From an uncultured Arcobacteraceae bacterium (GTDB lineage: Bacteria > Campylobacterota > Campylobacteria > Campylobacterales > Arcobacteraceae), in assembly GCA_964022095.1 (NCBI GenBank), contig CAXHZO010000020.1:1-43988 (forward strand): 43,988 bases of DNA, given 5' to 3'. The stretch's first letter is position 1, and the number at the start of each line of letters is the position of its first letter. The notes beneath the pieces are model-generated. The model was not told the DNA's origin, ran no database searches, and worked only from the letters and a program-made list of their open reading frames with translations. The position numbers and the translations under genes are program-made. This document shows positions 1 to 8,551 of this stretch, in pieces.

Positions 1-55
1 GAGCAGCTGATTTGTAATCAGCAGGTCGGGGGTTCGACTCCCTTCATCAGCTCCA
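1..55 (+). tRNA. tRNA-Thr(TGT), 5'-truncated by window edge
   Basis: Anticodon arm GCTGA-TTTGTAA-TCAGC (TGT at 13-15), T-loop GGTTCGACTC, encoded CCA at 53-55. Confidence 0.95.
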
Positions 56-72
56 TCTTTTTTAATGCACTT

Positions 73-147
73 TGGGGTATCGCCAAGTGGTAAGGCAACG
101 GTTTTTGGTATCGTTATTCGCAGGTTCGATCCCTGCTACCCCATCCA
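73..147 (+). tRNA. tRNA-Gln(TTG)
   Basis: Acceptor TGGGGTA/TACCCCA, D-loop CCAAGTGGTAAGG, anticodon TTG at 105-107, GGTTCGATCC, CCA end. Confidence 0.97.
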
Positions 148-196
148 CATTTTTAACCAATCTAATTGATATATACAATGTTAATTATTTTCAAAT

Positions 197-273
<77 letters not shown>

Positions 274-312
274 ACTTCCCCAAAAATCAATTTAAACATA
301 ACTCTTTTTAGC

Positions 313-318
313 TATAAT
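313..318 (+). promoter_or_regulatory. -10 element (TATAAT) for gene at 349
   Basis: Consensus TATAAT about 30 nt upstream of ATG; AGGA SD at 339-342. Confidence 0.55.
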
Positions 319-348
319 TCACAATATTATAAAATATTAGGATAAATA

Positions 349-885
349 ATGAGTGATAGATTACATGAAATATTAGGACAAATAGGTTCTATACATACTG
401 AATTAATAAATACAAATAAAATTTCTGATGTTGACGAAGTTTTTGAATACATTGAAGAGTTTGACAGTGACATAAAAGAGCATTATTTAAATCTTTTATT
501 ACAATACTATTTTCAAAAAAATGATTTAGAAAATTTAAAAAAAGTTCTTTTAGTTGGTGCTAAGTTTGATATGAGATTTGAAGATGTAAAAGAGGCATAC
601 TTAAATATCAAATCTAATGAAGGAAATGTAATAGAATTTATGGAAGATTCTGTTGTTTTTATAAAAGATAAAGTACTAGATGAATATTTAGAATCAATGT
701 ATGAATACTATATACAAAATGAGCAGTTACAAGTTAATTTAGAAGAAGCTACAGAGTTAATTAAGAGAAATAGGTACATATGTGCATACTGTTATAAAAA
801 TGATGATAAGCCCTTTGCAGAATTCTTTTTAAATGAGAATTTATTAGAGAGTTTAAAAAGAGACTTACCTTATTTATTAGATTAG
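349..885 (+). CDS. hypothetical acidic protein (178 aa)
   Basis: ORF with AGGA SD; no recognised family; single CxxC (CAYC). Confidence 0.75.
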   Translation: MSDRLHEILGQIGSIHTELINTNKISDVDEVFEYIEEFDSDIKEHYLNLLLQYYFQKNDLENLKKVLLVGAKFDMRFEDVKEAYLNIKSNEGNVIEFMEDSVVFIKDKVLDEYLESMYEYYIQNEQLQVNLEEATELIKRNRYICAYCYKNDDKPFAEFFLNENLLESLKRDLPYLLD

Positions 886-890
886 GGAAC

Positions 891-1214
891 TTATATAAAA
901 GTTCCCATTTCATCATCTAAATAGCTATTTATTGTTTTAATAAACTCTTCATAGCTATTTTCTCCTTCTTTATTGAAAACTACAATTTCCTCTCCAAATT
1001 CATCTTGAATATAATGATCTTGGCTAATTACTTTTTTGTAAAGTTCTTGAATGTCATCTTCACTTTCATCTTTGTTGAATAAAAACCAATTTGCAGTACT
1101 TTCCCCAATTCTAACTAGACCATATGTATTTTTATCATCAATATAATCTTGAATTGTTCCATTTTCAAATCTTGCACCTACTACTAAATCGTTTTCATTT
1201 AATATCATTTCCAT
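891..1214 (-). CDS. hypothetical acidic protein (107 aa)
   Basis: ORF with AAGG SD and TATAAT (1241-1246, minus strand) upstream; no recognised family. Confidence 0.7.
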   Translation of the reverse strand: MEMILNENDLVVGARFENGTIQDYIDDKNTYGLVRIGESTANWFLFNKDESEDDIQELYKKVISQDHYIQDEFGEEIVVFNKEGENSYEEFIKTINSYLDDEMGTFI

Positions 1215-1303
1215 CTAAAGCCTTTTGTTTTTCTAGTGGAATTATAATTAAACAATAGTTAGCAAAACATTAGGTACAATACAAAAAAATATAAGGAAGC
1301 ACT

Positions 1304-2176
1304 ATTAAGAAGTTTAGAAAAGTACATATTGAAATTACAAATATTTGTAATTTGAAGTGCACGTTTTGTCCTCCTAAGTTAAAACCAAGCTCTACAATGG
1401 GCTTAGAACAATTCGAAGAGATAAATACACAATTAAAAGATATTACAAATGAGCTTGCATATCATGTTGTTGGCGATCCTTTAGTATTAAGCAATTTAGA
1501 AAAATATTTAGATATTAGTGGTAAAAATAGTCTAAAAGTAAATATAACAACAACGGCAAACAATATAAATAACACACATCATGAAGTTTTAATGCATGAT
1601 ACAATTAGACAAATAAATTTTTCTATAAACTCTTATAATGCAAATTCTCATAAAAAATCTCTAGATGAGTATTTAGATCCTATAATAGATTTTGTAAAAT
1701 ATGCTCAAAGTAAAAATCATGAATATTTTATAAACTTTAGAATTTGGAATTTAGATGAAACTTTAAGTGCTAAAGAGTTTAATAAACAAGTATTTGAAAA
1801 AGTTAATAAACAGTTCCAAACTAATATTGATGTAAATGAAGTTTATAGCTCAAGACCAAAAAATATAAGGATTGCAAGAAAATTCTTTTTTCATTTTGAT
1901 GAGTATTTTAATTGGCCTGATTTAAAAAATGAAGAGGTTTCAAAAAAAGGAACATGCTATGGATTAGATTCACATTTTGGAATACTAAGTAATGGTGATG
2001 TTGTTCCTTGTTGTTTAGATCAAAATGCTTGTATAAATTTAGGTAACACAAACAATTCACAATTAAAAGATATATTAACTTCTACTAGGGTAAAAGCTAT
2101 TCAAAATGGATTTAAGAACAACATATTAGTAGAAGAGTTGTGTCAAAAGTGTGAATATAGAAAAAGATTTGATTAA
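1304..2176 (+). CDS. radical SAM/SPASM-domain protein, probable ATT start
   Basis: Frame extends 5' of the called TTG (1352) to give IKKFRKVHIEITNICNLKCTFC, a full CxxxCxxC; C-terminal GTCYG..GDVVPCC..CQKC SPASM/twitch cysteines. Confidence 0.88.
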   Translation: MKKFRKVHIEITNICNLKCTFCPPKLKPSSTMGLEQFEEINTQLKDITNELAYHVVGDPLVLSNLEKYLDISGKNSLKVNITTTANNINNTHHEVLMHDTIRQINFSINSYNANSHKKSLDEYLDPIIDFVKYAQSKNHEYFINFRIWNLDETLSAKEFNKQVFEKVNKQFQTNIDVNEVYSSRPKNIRIARKFFFHFDEYFNWPDLKNEEVSKKGTCYGLDSHFGILSNGDVVPCCLDQNACINLGNTNNSQLKDILTSTRVKAIQNGFKNNILVEELCQKCEYRKRFD

Positions 2177-2190
2177 CAAGGAAACATAAT

Positions 2191-3033
2191 TTGAATGAAA
2201 TTGATATATTAATAAAAAGCTTTAAAGACTTTCTTACTTCAAAGATGCTTAGAATTGCCCTAGTACCTTTAATAGTTACAATGGTTATATTATATATGAT
2301 GTTTTTTGCTGCAGCTGATTTTGGTATTACTGCTCTTCAAGAAGTAGCAGCTGCTTCTCAAAATGGAGAAGAGGTTGTTATTGATGAAAACGCTCCTTTT
2401 TATTTTGTGTGGGCTACTTATTTGATTGTATTTTTATTTAAATACTCTTTTACTTCTTGGATAGCTGGTTTTTTACTTTATACTGTTGGTACAGTTATAA
2501 TATTACAAGCTTCGGTTATTCTTTCAATTATTGTAATTGGATTTTTGACACCAATGATATTAGGAATTTTACATAAAAGACATTACTCTCATTTAACGCT
2601 TCATGGTCATGGAACTTTAATGTCCCCACTTTGGGTTTTACTAAAAAGTGGATTTATGATGATCTTTTTATTTATATTATTGATTCCTGTATATTTTGTT
2701 CCTATATTAAATGCATTTGCCTTTGCATTACCATTTTATTACTTTTTTCATAAACTATTAAATTATGATGTATCTTCAACAATTTTAAGTGAAGAAGAGT
2801 TTAAAAAGATTTATAAAAAAGAGTCAAATTCATTTAGATTTAGAACTTTATTTTTATACTTTATCTCAATGATTCCATTTGCAACACTTTTTAGTGCAGT
2901 ATATTTTGTAATTTACTTAGGACATGCTTATTTTATAAAGCTTGATGAATTATATAAATTTGATATTCCAGAAACAAAATTAGATGAAAATGAAGTTAAA
3001 GTAAATGAGGAAATAAAGCAATTAGAAAACTAA
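2191..3033 (+). CDS. EI24/CysZ-like multi-pass membrane protein
   Basis: TTG start with AAGGA SD; several hydrophobic helices; HKRHY and LNYDV segments typical of Campylobacterota EI24-domain proteins. Confidence 0.7.
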   Translation: MNEIDILIKSFKDFLTSKMLRIALVPLIVTMVILYMMFFAAADFGITALQEVAAASQNGEEVVIDENAPFYFVWATYLIVFLFKYSFTSWIAGFLLYTVGTVIILQASVILSIIVIGFLTPMILGILHKRHYSHLTLHGHGTLMSPLWVLLKSGFMMIFLFILLIPVYFVPILNAFAFALPFYYFFHKLLNYDVSSTILSEEEFKKIYKKESNSFRFRTLFLYFISMIPFATLFSAVYFVIYLGHAYFIKLDELYKFDIPETKLDENEVKVNEEIKQLEN

Positions 3034-4091
3034 GGTAAGTTATCTATTGCTTTCTGTACATTTACTTTTAAATAAGTATCAGCGGTTAAATCACTATTTA
3101 TAATATCAGAATTGTTTTTAAGTAGTGTATTTACTTCATCAGGTGTTAAAGTTGAATCAATACTAAGAAGTCTTGCAATAACACCAGTTATTGCAGGCGT
3201 AGCAAAACTAGTACCTGTCCAATATGAATAGTTAGTTCCGAACCCATTATACCCTTGAGTTCCTGTTAAATCTAAAGTTACTACTCCAAGTTCTGCTGTT
3301 CCTCCCGGAGCATAAATGTCAATATTGCTTCCATAGTTAGAGTATGTTGTTACAGTATTATCTTTTGAAGTTGCACCAACTCCTAATACAAACTCAATCT
3401 CACCATCAGTTGTCCAATTATCATCTAAATCAAAGCCATCATTTCCTGAAGCAAAGACTACATGAATATTGTTATTTTTTAAGTCTTCTAAAACTGATAA
3501 ATATGTTGATGAAAAACCATATATTAAATCAGAAAAAGAAGAACCCCAACTACAGTTTATGATTTGTGCACCTGCATCTTTTGCATATTGAAAGGCTTCA
3601 ATAAATTGATCTTCACCTAATAAATCAAAATCAACATTAATCAAAATTAATTCAACATTATCAGGAGCAACTCCAAGTGAGTCTGAAGCAATAACTCCAG
3701 CAACAGCAGTACCATGAAAAGAGTCTGTTAAAATTGTATTATTCATATACTTTACATCAATAATTTTTGAAGCAATATCTGGATGATTGTATTGGAACCC
3801 CTGATCTATAATAGCTACTTTTATTTTATTAGAGTTTGTATTATCTGAGATATTTATATGTGCATTAGAGTTGATGTTGTAAGAATCTAGTGCAGAATTC
3901 AATTGGCTTGTTTCATTTAAGTTCCATGCGTAATCACTATGATCAATTGCTGTTCCAATTGGAATAATAGGTATTGTAACACTAGTAGAAAGATTTTCTA
4001 ACTCATCACTTAATTTTGATGAGCCTCCACCACCTCCACCACAACCAGATAAGATTAGTATTGATACTAAGATTAAGATATATTTTTTCAT
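3030..4091 (-). CDS. S8 (subtilisin-like) serine peptidase lipoprotein lacking an obvious prodomain
   Basis: Lipobox ILSG-C followed by poly-Gly/Ser; triad motifs AIIDQG, HGTAVAG, GTSFATP; oxyanion motif ASGND. Confidence 0.92.
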   Translation of the reverse strand: MKKYILILVSILILSGCGGGGGGSSKLSDELENLSTSVTIPIIPIGTAIDHSDYAWNLNETSQLNSALDSYNINSNAHINISDNTNSNKIKVAIIDQGFQYNHPDIASKIIDVKYMNNTILTDSFHGTAVAGVIASDSLGVAPDNVELILINVDFDLLGEDQFIEAFQYAKDAGAQIINCSWGSSFSDLIYGFSSTYLSVLEDLKNNNIHVVFASGNDGFDLDDNWTTDGEIEFVLGVGATSKDNTVTTYSNYGSNIDIYAPGGTAELGVVTLDLTGTQGYNGFGTNYSYWTGTSFATPAITGVIARLLSIDSTLTPDEVNTLLKNNSDIINSDLTADTYLKVNVQKAIDNLP

Positions 4092-4501
4092 TTTATTTTA
4101 ACTTCTCTTGTATAGTTTGGATGGGCAGATAATATATCTTCTTTTTCATATAGTTTTTGGCAATAAGTAAAAATATCATCACCAGAGTTTAATTTTATTA
4201 AAAAAATATTGTCATATATTTTTTTGTAATTAGTTAAAACTAAATCACTAAAATCATCTTCACAGTAAGCATCTTTATTACATTTTACAATAATTTCATT
4301 TTTAAATCTTACTATTTTCCCTTTACTTGTAGTATATTCAAATATCTCGTTATTAGTTTCTATAGGGTTTTCACTATTAGTACTATTTAGACTCTTTGTT
4401 TTTGTATTTGGGATTAATTCTACTTTTTCTCCAAATTCATAGTAATAGTTTGAAGCCATAAGTGAGTAAACTATTATTGATAATATTAAAGCTATTTTCA
4501 T
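4088..4501 (-). CDS. secreted protein resembling a stand-alone subtilase prodomain
   Basis: Sec signal MKIALILSIIVYSLMA; EIIVK...IFLIKL...ILSAHPNY pattern resembling S8 propeptides; ATGA overlap with the peptidase gene. Confidence 0.6.
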   Translation of the reverse strand: MKIALILSIIVYSLMASNYYYEFGEKVELIPNTKTKSLNSTNSENPIETNNEIFEYTTSKGKIVRFKNEIIVKCNKDAYCEDDFSDLVLTNYKKIYDNIFLIKLNSGDDIFTYCQKLYEKEDILSAHPNYTREVKIK

Positions 4502-4503
4502 AT

Positions 4504-5190
4504 TTAATCCTTAACTACTTTATATCCAGTTCCTTGAACATTTTTTAAAAAATTATCAGGTAGTTTTTTTCTGAAGTTTTTAACAAAAAGTCTCATTGCA
4601 TTTGCTGTCATTACTGAGTCTTCATCCCAGATTTGATTTTCTAACTCTTCATAAGTGATTATTCTATTTTTTGTAGTTAGAAGTTTTAAGAATTTACTCT
4701 CTTTTTTAGTTAAACTGAACTCTTCTGTTTCATTTGAAACAATTGATTTACTGTAATCAAAATACCAGTTTTTAGAAAGGATATAGATTTTTTCACTGTC
4801 GTGCGTTTTTACGAAAGCCTCTAAAGCTTCCATTAGTTTTTCATTTGTTATTGGTTTTATAATATATTTAACTAAGTGTAGTTCTGCAACTTGAAGCATA
4901 TACTCTAAATCAGTATGTGCAGATGTTATTATAATTCTTGTTCTTGAATCAGTTTGTCTTATTTTTTTTATTAGGTTGATTCCTGTTTCACTGCCCATTT
5001 TAATATCAGTAATTATAAGATCAGGTTTATATTCAGTGTATTTCATAAAAGCTTCACTGACATTTTTTGCAGTAATTGTTTCTTTGAAAAGATGCTGTAA
5101 GATTTCTTGAATGTTATTTCTTATTCCATCTTCATCTTCAGCGTATAATACTGTATAAGCACTAAGTTTTTTTATAAAATCGTTTTGCAT
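4504..5190 (-). CDS. OmpR/PhoB-family response regulator
   Basis: Receiver motifs YAEDE, IITDIKM (phospho-Asp), TSAH, IKP; wHTH C-terminus LTKKE..VQGTGY; ATG at 5190 fits the AAGGA SD (5202-5206) better than TTG at 5199. Confidence 0.93.
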   Translation of the reverse strand: MQNDFIKKLSAYTVLYAEDEDGIRNNIQEILQHLFKETITAKNVSEAFMKYTEYKPDLIITDIKMGSETGINLIKKIRQTDSRTRIIITSAHTDLEYMLQVAELHLVKYIIKPITNEKLMEALEAFVKTHDSEKIYILSKNWYFDYSKSIVSNETEEFSLTKKESKFLKLLTTKNRIITYEELENQIWDEDSVMTANAMRLFVKNFRKKLPDNFLKNVQGTGYKVVKD

Positions 5191-5256
5191 AGTGAACAAA
5201 ATCCTTATTAGATAAATTGTGTTATCATATCATATTTATGTTTACAAAGGGTAAGA

Positions 5257-6849
5257 TTGAATTTAATTACTGAAAAGAATCTATCAAAAATAATTATTTA
5301 TATATTTATTATTATTATGTCTTCAATGATTTTTGCCATTTCATATTTTTATGTAATGAATACTTATGATGAGTTTGAAATACAAATGGATAAGTTCGTA
5401 GCTGAGTACTATTCAGATAAAAAGAAAACATTAAAAAAAGAGATTGATACTGTAATTGATATTATAAATTATAATGTTGCTAAAGAAAATATTGATGAAA
5501 AAGAGTCAAAAGCTGATGCAATTAGACTATTAAATAACATTAGATTTGAAGAGAATAGAAGTAATTACTTTTTTGTATATTATATCAAAAATATGGATGG
5601 TGGAGATGATTTTGCAAGATTAATTGTTAATCCAAATAGGCAAGATTTAGTTGGAACTTTAATCTCTACTAATTATACTGATGCAAATGGAAAAAAATTT
5701 AGAGAAGATTTTTTAAAAGATATTAAATCTAAGGGTGAATCTTTTACACAATACGCATATACAAAACCTGGAATAAATGAGGTTAAGCAAAAACTTTCAT
5801 ATTTTAGATTATACGAAGAGTGGAATTGGGTTATTGCAGTTGGTGTATATACAGATGATATAGAAAAAGATATATCATTAAAAAGAGCAGCTTTAGAAAA
5901 AAGAGTTAAAAGCCAAGTTGCTCAAAACATAGTTCTTTTTTTGATGTTTTTATCTATTGCAATTTTAATCTCAATTGCTATTTCTCAAAAAATTGATGAT
6001 ATATTAAATAAGTACAAAGATAAAGTAATTCAAAATGAAAATGAACTTAGAGAATTAAATCAAACATTAGAAAAAAGAGTACATCAAGAGGTTGAGAAAA
6101 ATAGAGAAAAAGAGCAGTTATTAGTACAAAAATCGAAATTAATTGCACTTGGTGAAATGATATCAAATATTGCTCATCAATGGAGACAACCACTTTCCGA
6201 ATTGTCTTCAATATTAATGTTTATAAAATTTAAACACTCAATTGGTGCACTTGATGAAAAAACAATGAATGATAAATCTAAAGAAGCTGATTTGGTTATT
6301 GAGTATATGTCTCAAACTATTGATGACTTTAGAAACTTTTTTATGCCAAAAAAAGAAAAAGAGAGTTTTTATTTATATAAAATAGTAGATATTGTTATAT
6401 CAATAGTCTCAAGTACCTTGAAAAATTACAATATTGATGTTCAAGTTAAAATAGATGAAAACATAAAATTAAAAACATATGTAAATGAATACGAACAAGT
6501 TTTATTAAACATAATAAATAATGCAAGGGATGTTTTAATAGAAAAAAAAATTAAAAATCCATTTATAAGAATAACTGCACTTGATGAAAATGATTATGTC
6601 GTATTATATATAGAAGACAATGGTGGTGGGATTACAGTTGAACCAATAGGAAAAATTTTCGAACCATATTTTACTACTAAGTCAGATAGTGATGGAACGG
6701 GAATTGGTCTTTATATGTCAAAGATTATTATAGATAAAAATATGAAGGGTAAATTAAGAGTTAGAAATACAAATAGTGGAGCAAAGTTTGCCATTTTTGT
6801 ACCAAAAGACGATACTAATACAAAAAGTATTAATTTTAAGATGACTTAG
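5257..6849 (+). CDS. Cache-domain sensor histidine kinase
   Basis: Two TM helices around a periplasmic Cache domain (YFFVY, DANGK, WNWVIAVGVY); H-box IAHQWRQPL; NNARD, DNGGG, FTTK, GTGIGL boxes. Confidence 0.94.
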   Translation: MNLITEKNLSKIIIYIFIIIMSSMIFAISYFYVMNTYDEFEIQMDKFVAEYYSDKKKTLKKEIDTVIDIINYNVAKENIDEKESKADAIRLLNNIRFEENRSNYFFVYYIKNMDGGDDFARLIVNPNRQDLVGTLISTNYTDANGKKFREDFLKDIKSKGESFTQYAYTKPGINEVKQKLSYFRLYEEWNWVIAVGVYTDDIEKDISLKRAALEKRVKSQVAQNIVLFLMFLSIAILISIAISQKIDDILNKYKDKVIQNENELRELNQTLEKRVHQEVEKNREKEQLLVQKSKLIALGEMISNIAHQWRQPLSELSSILMFIKFKHSIGALDEKTMNDKSKEADLVIEYMSQTIDDFRNFFMPKKEKESFYLYKIVDIVISIVSSTLKNYNIDVQVKIDENIKLKTYVNEYEQVLLNIINNARDVLIEKKIKNPFIRITALDENDYVVLYIEDNGGGITVEPIGKIFEPYFTTKSDSDGTGIGLYMSKIIIDKNMKGKLRVRNTNSGAKFAIFVPKDDTNTKSINFKMT

Positions 6850-6953
6850 TCGTCTTTAAATTCATCCTCTTTTTTCTTTGTAAAGTAAGCTAAAATTATA
6901 ACTACACCAGTAATTATTAAAAAGGCTATTAGTTCTTCTTGAAAAGTACTCAT
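6846..6953 (-). CDS. uncalled 35-aa single-pass membrane microprotein
   Basis: ATG 6953 to TAA 6846 gives MSTFQEELIAFLIITGVVIILAYFTKKKEDEFKDD; AAGG SD and TAAAAT -10 (6978-6983) upstream on the minus strand. Confidence 0.72.
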   Translation of the reverse strand: MSTFQEELIAFLIITGVVIILAYFTKKKEDEFKDD

Positions 6954-7037
6954 GAGTTATTACCTTGATTTTTTTTAATTTTATCTAAATATTAATAAAA
7001 AAATAATATTTGTTTAATACATTTTGATATTATAGAC

Positions 7038-7046
7038 TGATATACT
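7038..7046 (+). promoter_or_regulatory. extended -10 (TGaTATACT) for dgt
   Basis: TGn-TATACT 30 nt upstream of the ATG at 7077. Confidence 0.5.
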
Positions 7047-7076
7047 ATGTTTTGAAGAATTATTTATGGGAAAAAT

Positions 7077-8522
7077 ATGATTAATTATAAAAAAAGATTT
7101 ACATTAGATAGAGAGTTTTATCCCTCTTTTAATATTGAAACTTCAATTGAAAGTGACAGAGGAAGAATTCTATCTTCTCCAGCACTAAGAAGATTACAAA
7201 AAAGAACTCAAGTTTTTGCATTAGAGTTAAATGCCTCAATTAGAACAAGACTTACCCATTCAATGGAAGTAGGGCAAAATGCAAGGTTTATTGCTAAAAC
7301 AATATTTAATAAATTAAAAGAGAATAATGAATTAGAAAAGTATGGATTGCAAGATCTTGAAAATGCTTTTATTTCTACTTCTGAAATGACAAGTTTATTA
7401 CATGATATAGGTAATCCTCCTTTTGGACATTTTGCTGAACAAACTATTAATGCGTGGATAAAAGAAAACCTTCTTCCAATATTAGAAAATTTTGAAGCAA
7501 GTAGTGATGAGGTAAAAGATTTAAAAGAGTTACTAAAAAGAGATATTTGCGATTATGATGGAAATGCACAAGCTATTAGGGTAATTACAAAACTTCAAAG
7601 ACTTAATCTTGCTTATTATCAAATCTTGTCAGTACTTAAATATACTAGAGGTGCTTATGAAAAAAAGGATTCAAGGGATAGTTTAAGTTATTTAAAGAAA
7701 AAGCCAGGTTTTTACTACAGTGAAAAAGACATAATTGAAAAAATTCAACAAACATTAGATGTAAAACCTGGACATAGATTTCCAATTACATATATTATGG
7801 AAGCAGCTGATGATATATCATACTTAACAGCTGATTTAGAAGACTCAGTAGAAAAAGGAATTTTATCACTTGATGAAGTTTATAATTTAATTTTAAATGA
7901 GTGTGAAAATCAAGGAGAGACTTATTTAAAAGAGGTACTTAGTAAACAGTATGAAAAAGCAAAGAAAGATGATGAACCTTATCAGTTTAATATGTTTTTT
8001 ACATTAGTTAGAGCTAAACTGGTAACAGCATTAGTCTCTCATGTATCAAAAGTATTTTTAGATAATCACAAAGAGGTTTTTGATGGCAGTTTTAATAGTG
8101 CTTTATTAGATTTTGATGAAAATAGTCAATTTCATAAAAGTATAAAAGTAATAGAGAATATCTCTAGAAAATATATTTATCAAAACAAAGAGGTACAAAC
8201 TTTAGAATTAAAGGGATACACGATAATAAATACATTGTTTGAGAAGTATAAGCCATTATTGCTACTTAGTATGAATGATTTTACCAAGCTATTAAAAGAT
8301 GAAAAAATAGATTGTTTTATTTCTATAAGATTAATAAAAAGAATCTCTTCAAAACAAATAGTTGCATATAAACATGATGTTCAAAAGATTGATAATAAAA
8401 ATAAACAGAAGTACGAAATCTTAGAGTGGTATTATAGAGTAAGACTTATAATTGATTATATAAGTGGAATGACAGATGATTATGCATTAGAAGAGTATAA
8501 GCTATTAATTGCTCTTAAGTGA
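7077..8522 (+). CDS. dgt: dGTP triphosphohydrolase (HD-domain dGTPase)
   Basis: ESDRGRI, RRLQKRTQVF, RTRLTHSMEV, LHDIGNPPFGH, GNAQ, MEAADDISY, DYISGMTDDYA motifs. Confidence 0.95.
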   Translation: MINYKKRFTLDREFYPSFNIETSIESDRGRILSSPALRRLQKRTQVFALELNASIRTRLTHSMEVGQNARFIAKTIFNKLKENNELEKYGLQDLENAFISTSEMTSLLHDIGNPPFGHFAEQTINAWIKENLLPILENFEASSDEVKDLKELLKRDICDYDGNAQAIRVITKLQRLNLAYYQILSVLKYTRGAYEKKDSRDSLSYLKKKPGFYYSEKDIIEKIQQTLDVKPGHRFPITYIMEAADDISYLTADLEDSVEKGILSLDEVYNLILNECENQGETYLKEVLSKQYEKAKKDDEPYQFNMFFTLVRAKLVTALVSHVSKVFLDNHKEVFDGSFNSALLDFDENSQFHKSIKVIENISRKYIYQNKEVQTLELKGYTIINTLFEKYKPLLLLSMNDFTKLLKDEKIDCFISIRLIKRISSKQIVAYKHDVQKIDNKNKQKYEILEWYYRVRLIIDYISGMTDDYALEEYKLLIALK

Positions 8523-8551
8523 TTAGAATCTAAGGTTTTTATTAGATTTAG

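Noticed and set aside
4021-4047. CCA/CCT triplet repeat
   Set aside because: Encodes the poly-Gly linker after the lipobox Cys with mixed codons; common in lipoproteins.
3030-4501. Frameshifted single subtilase pseudogene
   Set aside because: The downstream ORF has its own start and lipoprotein signal with an ATGA overlap, consistent with two real genes.
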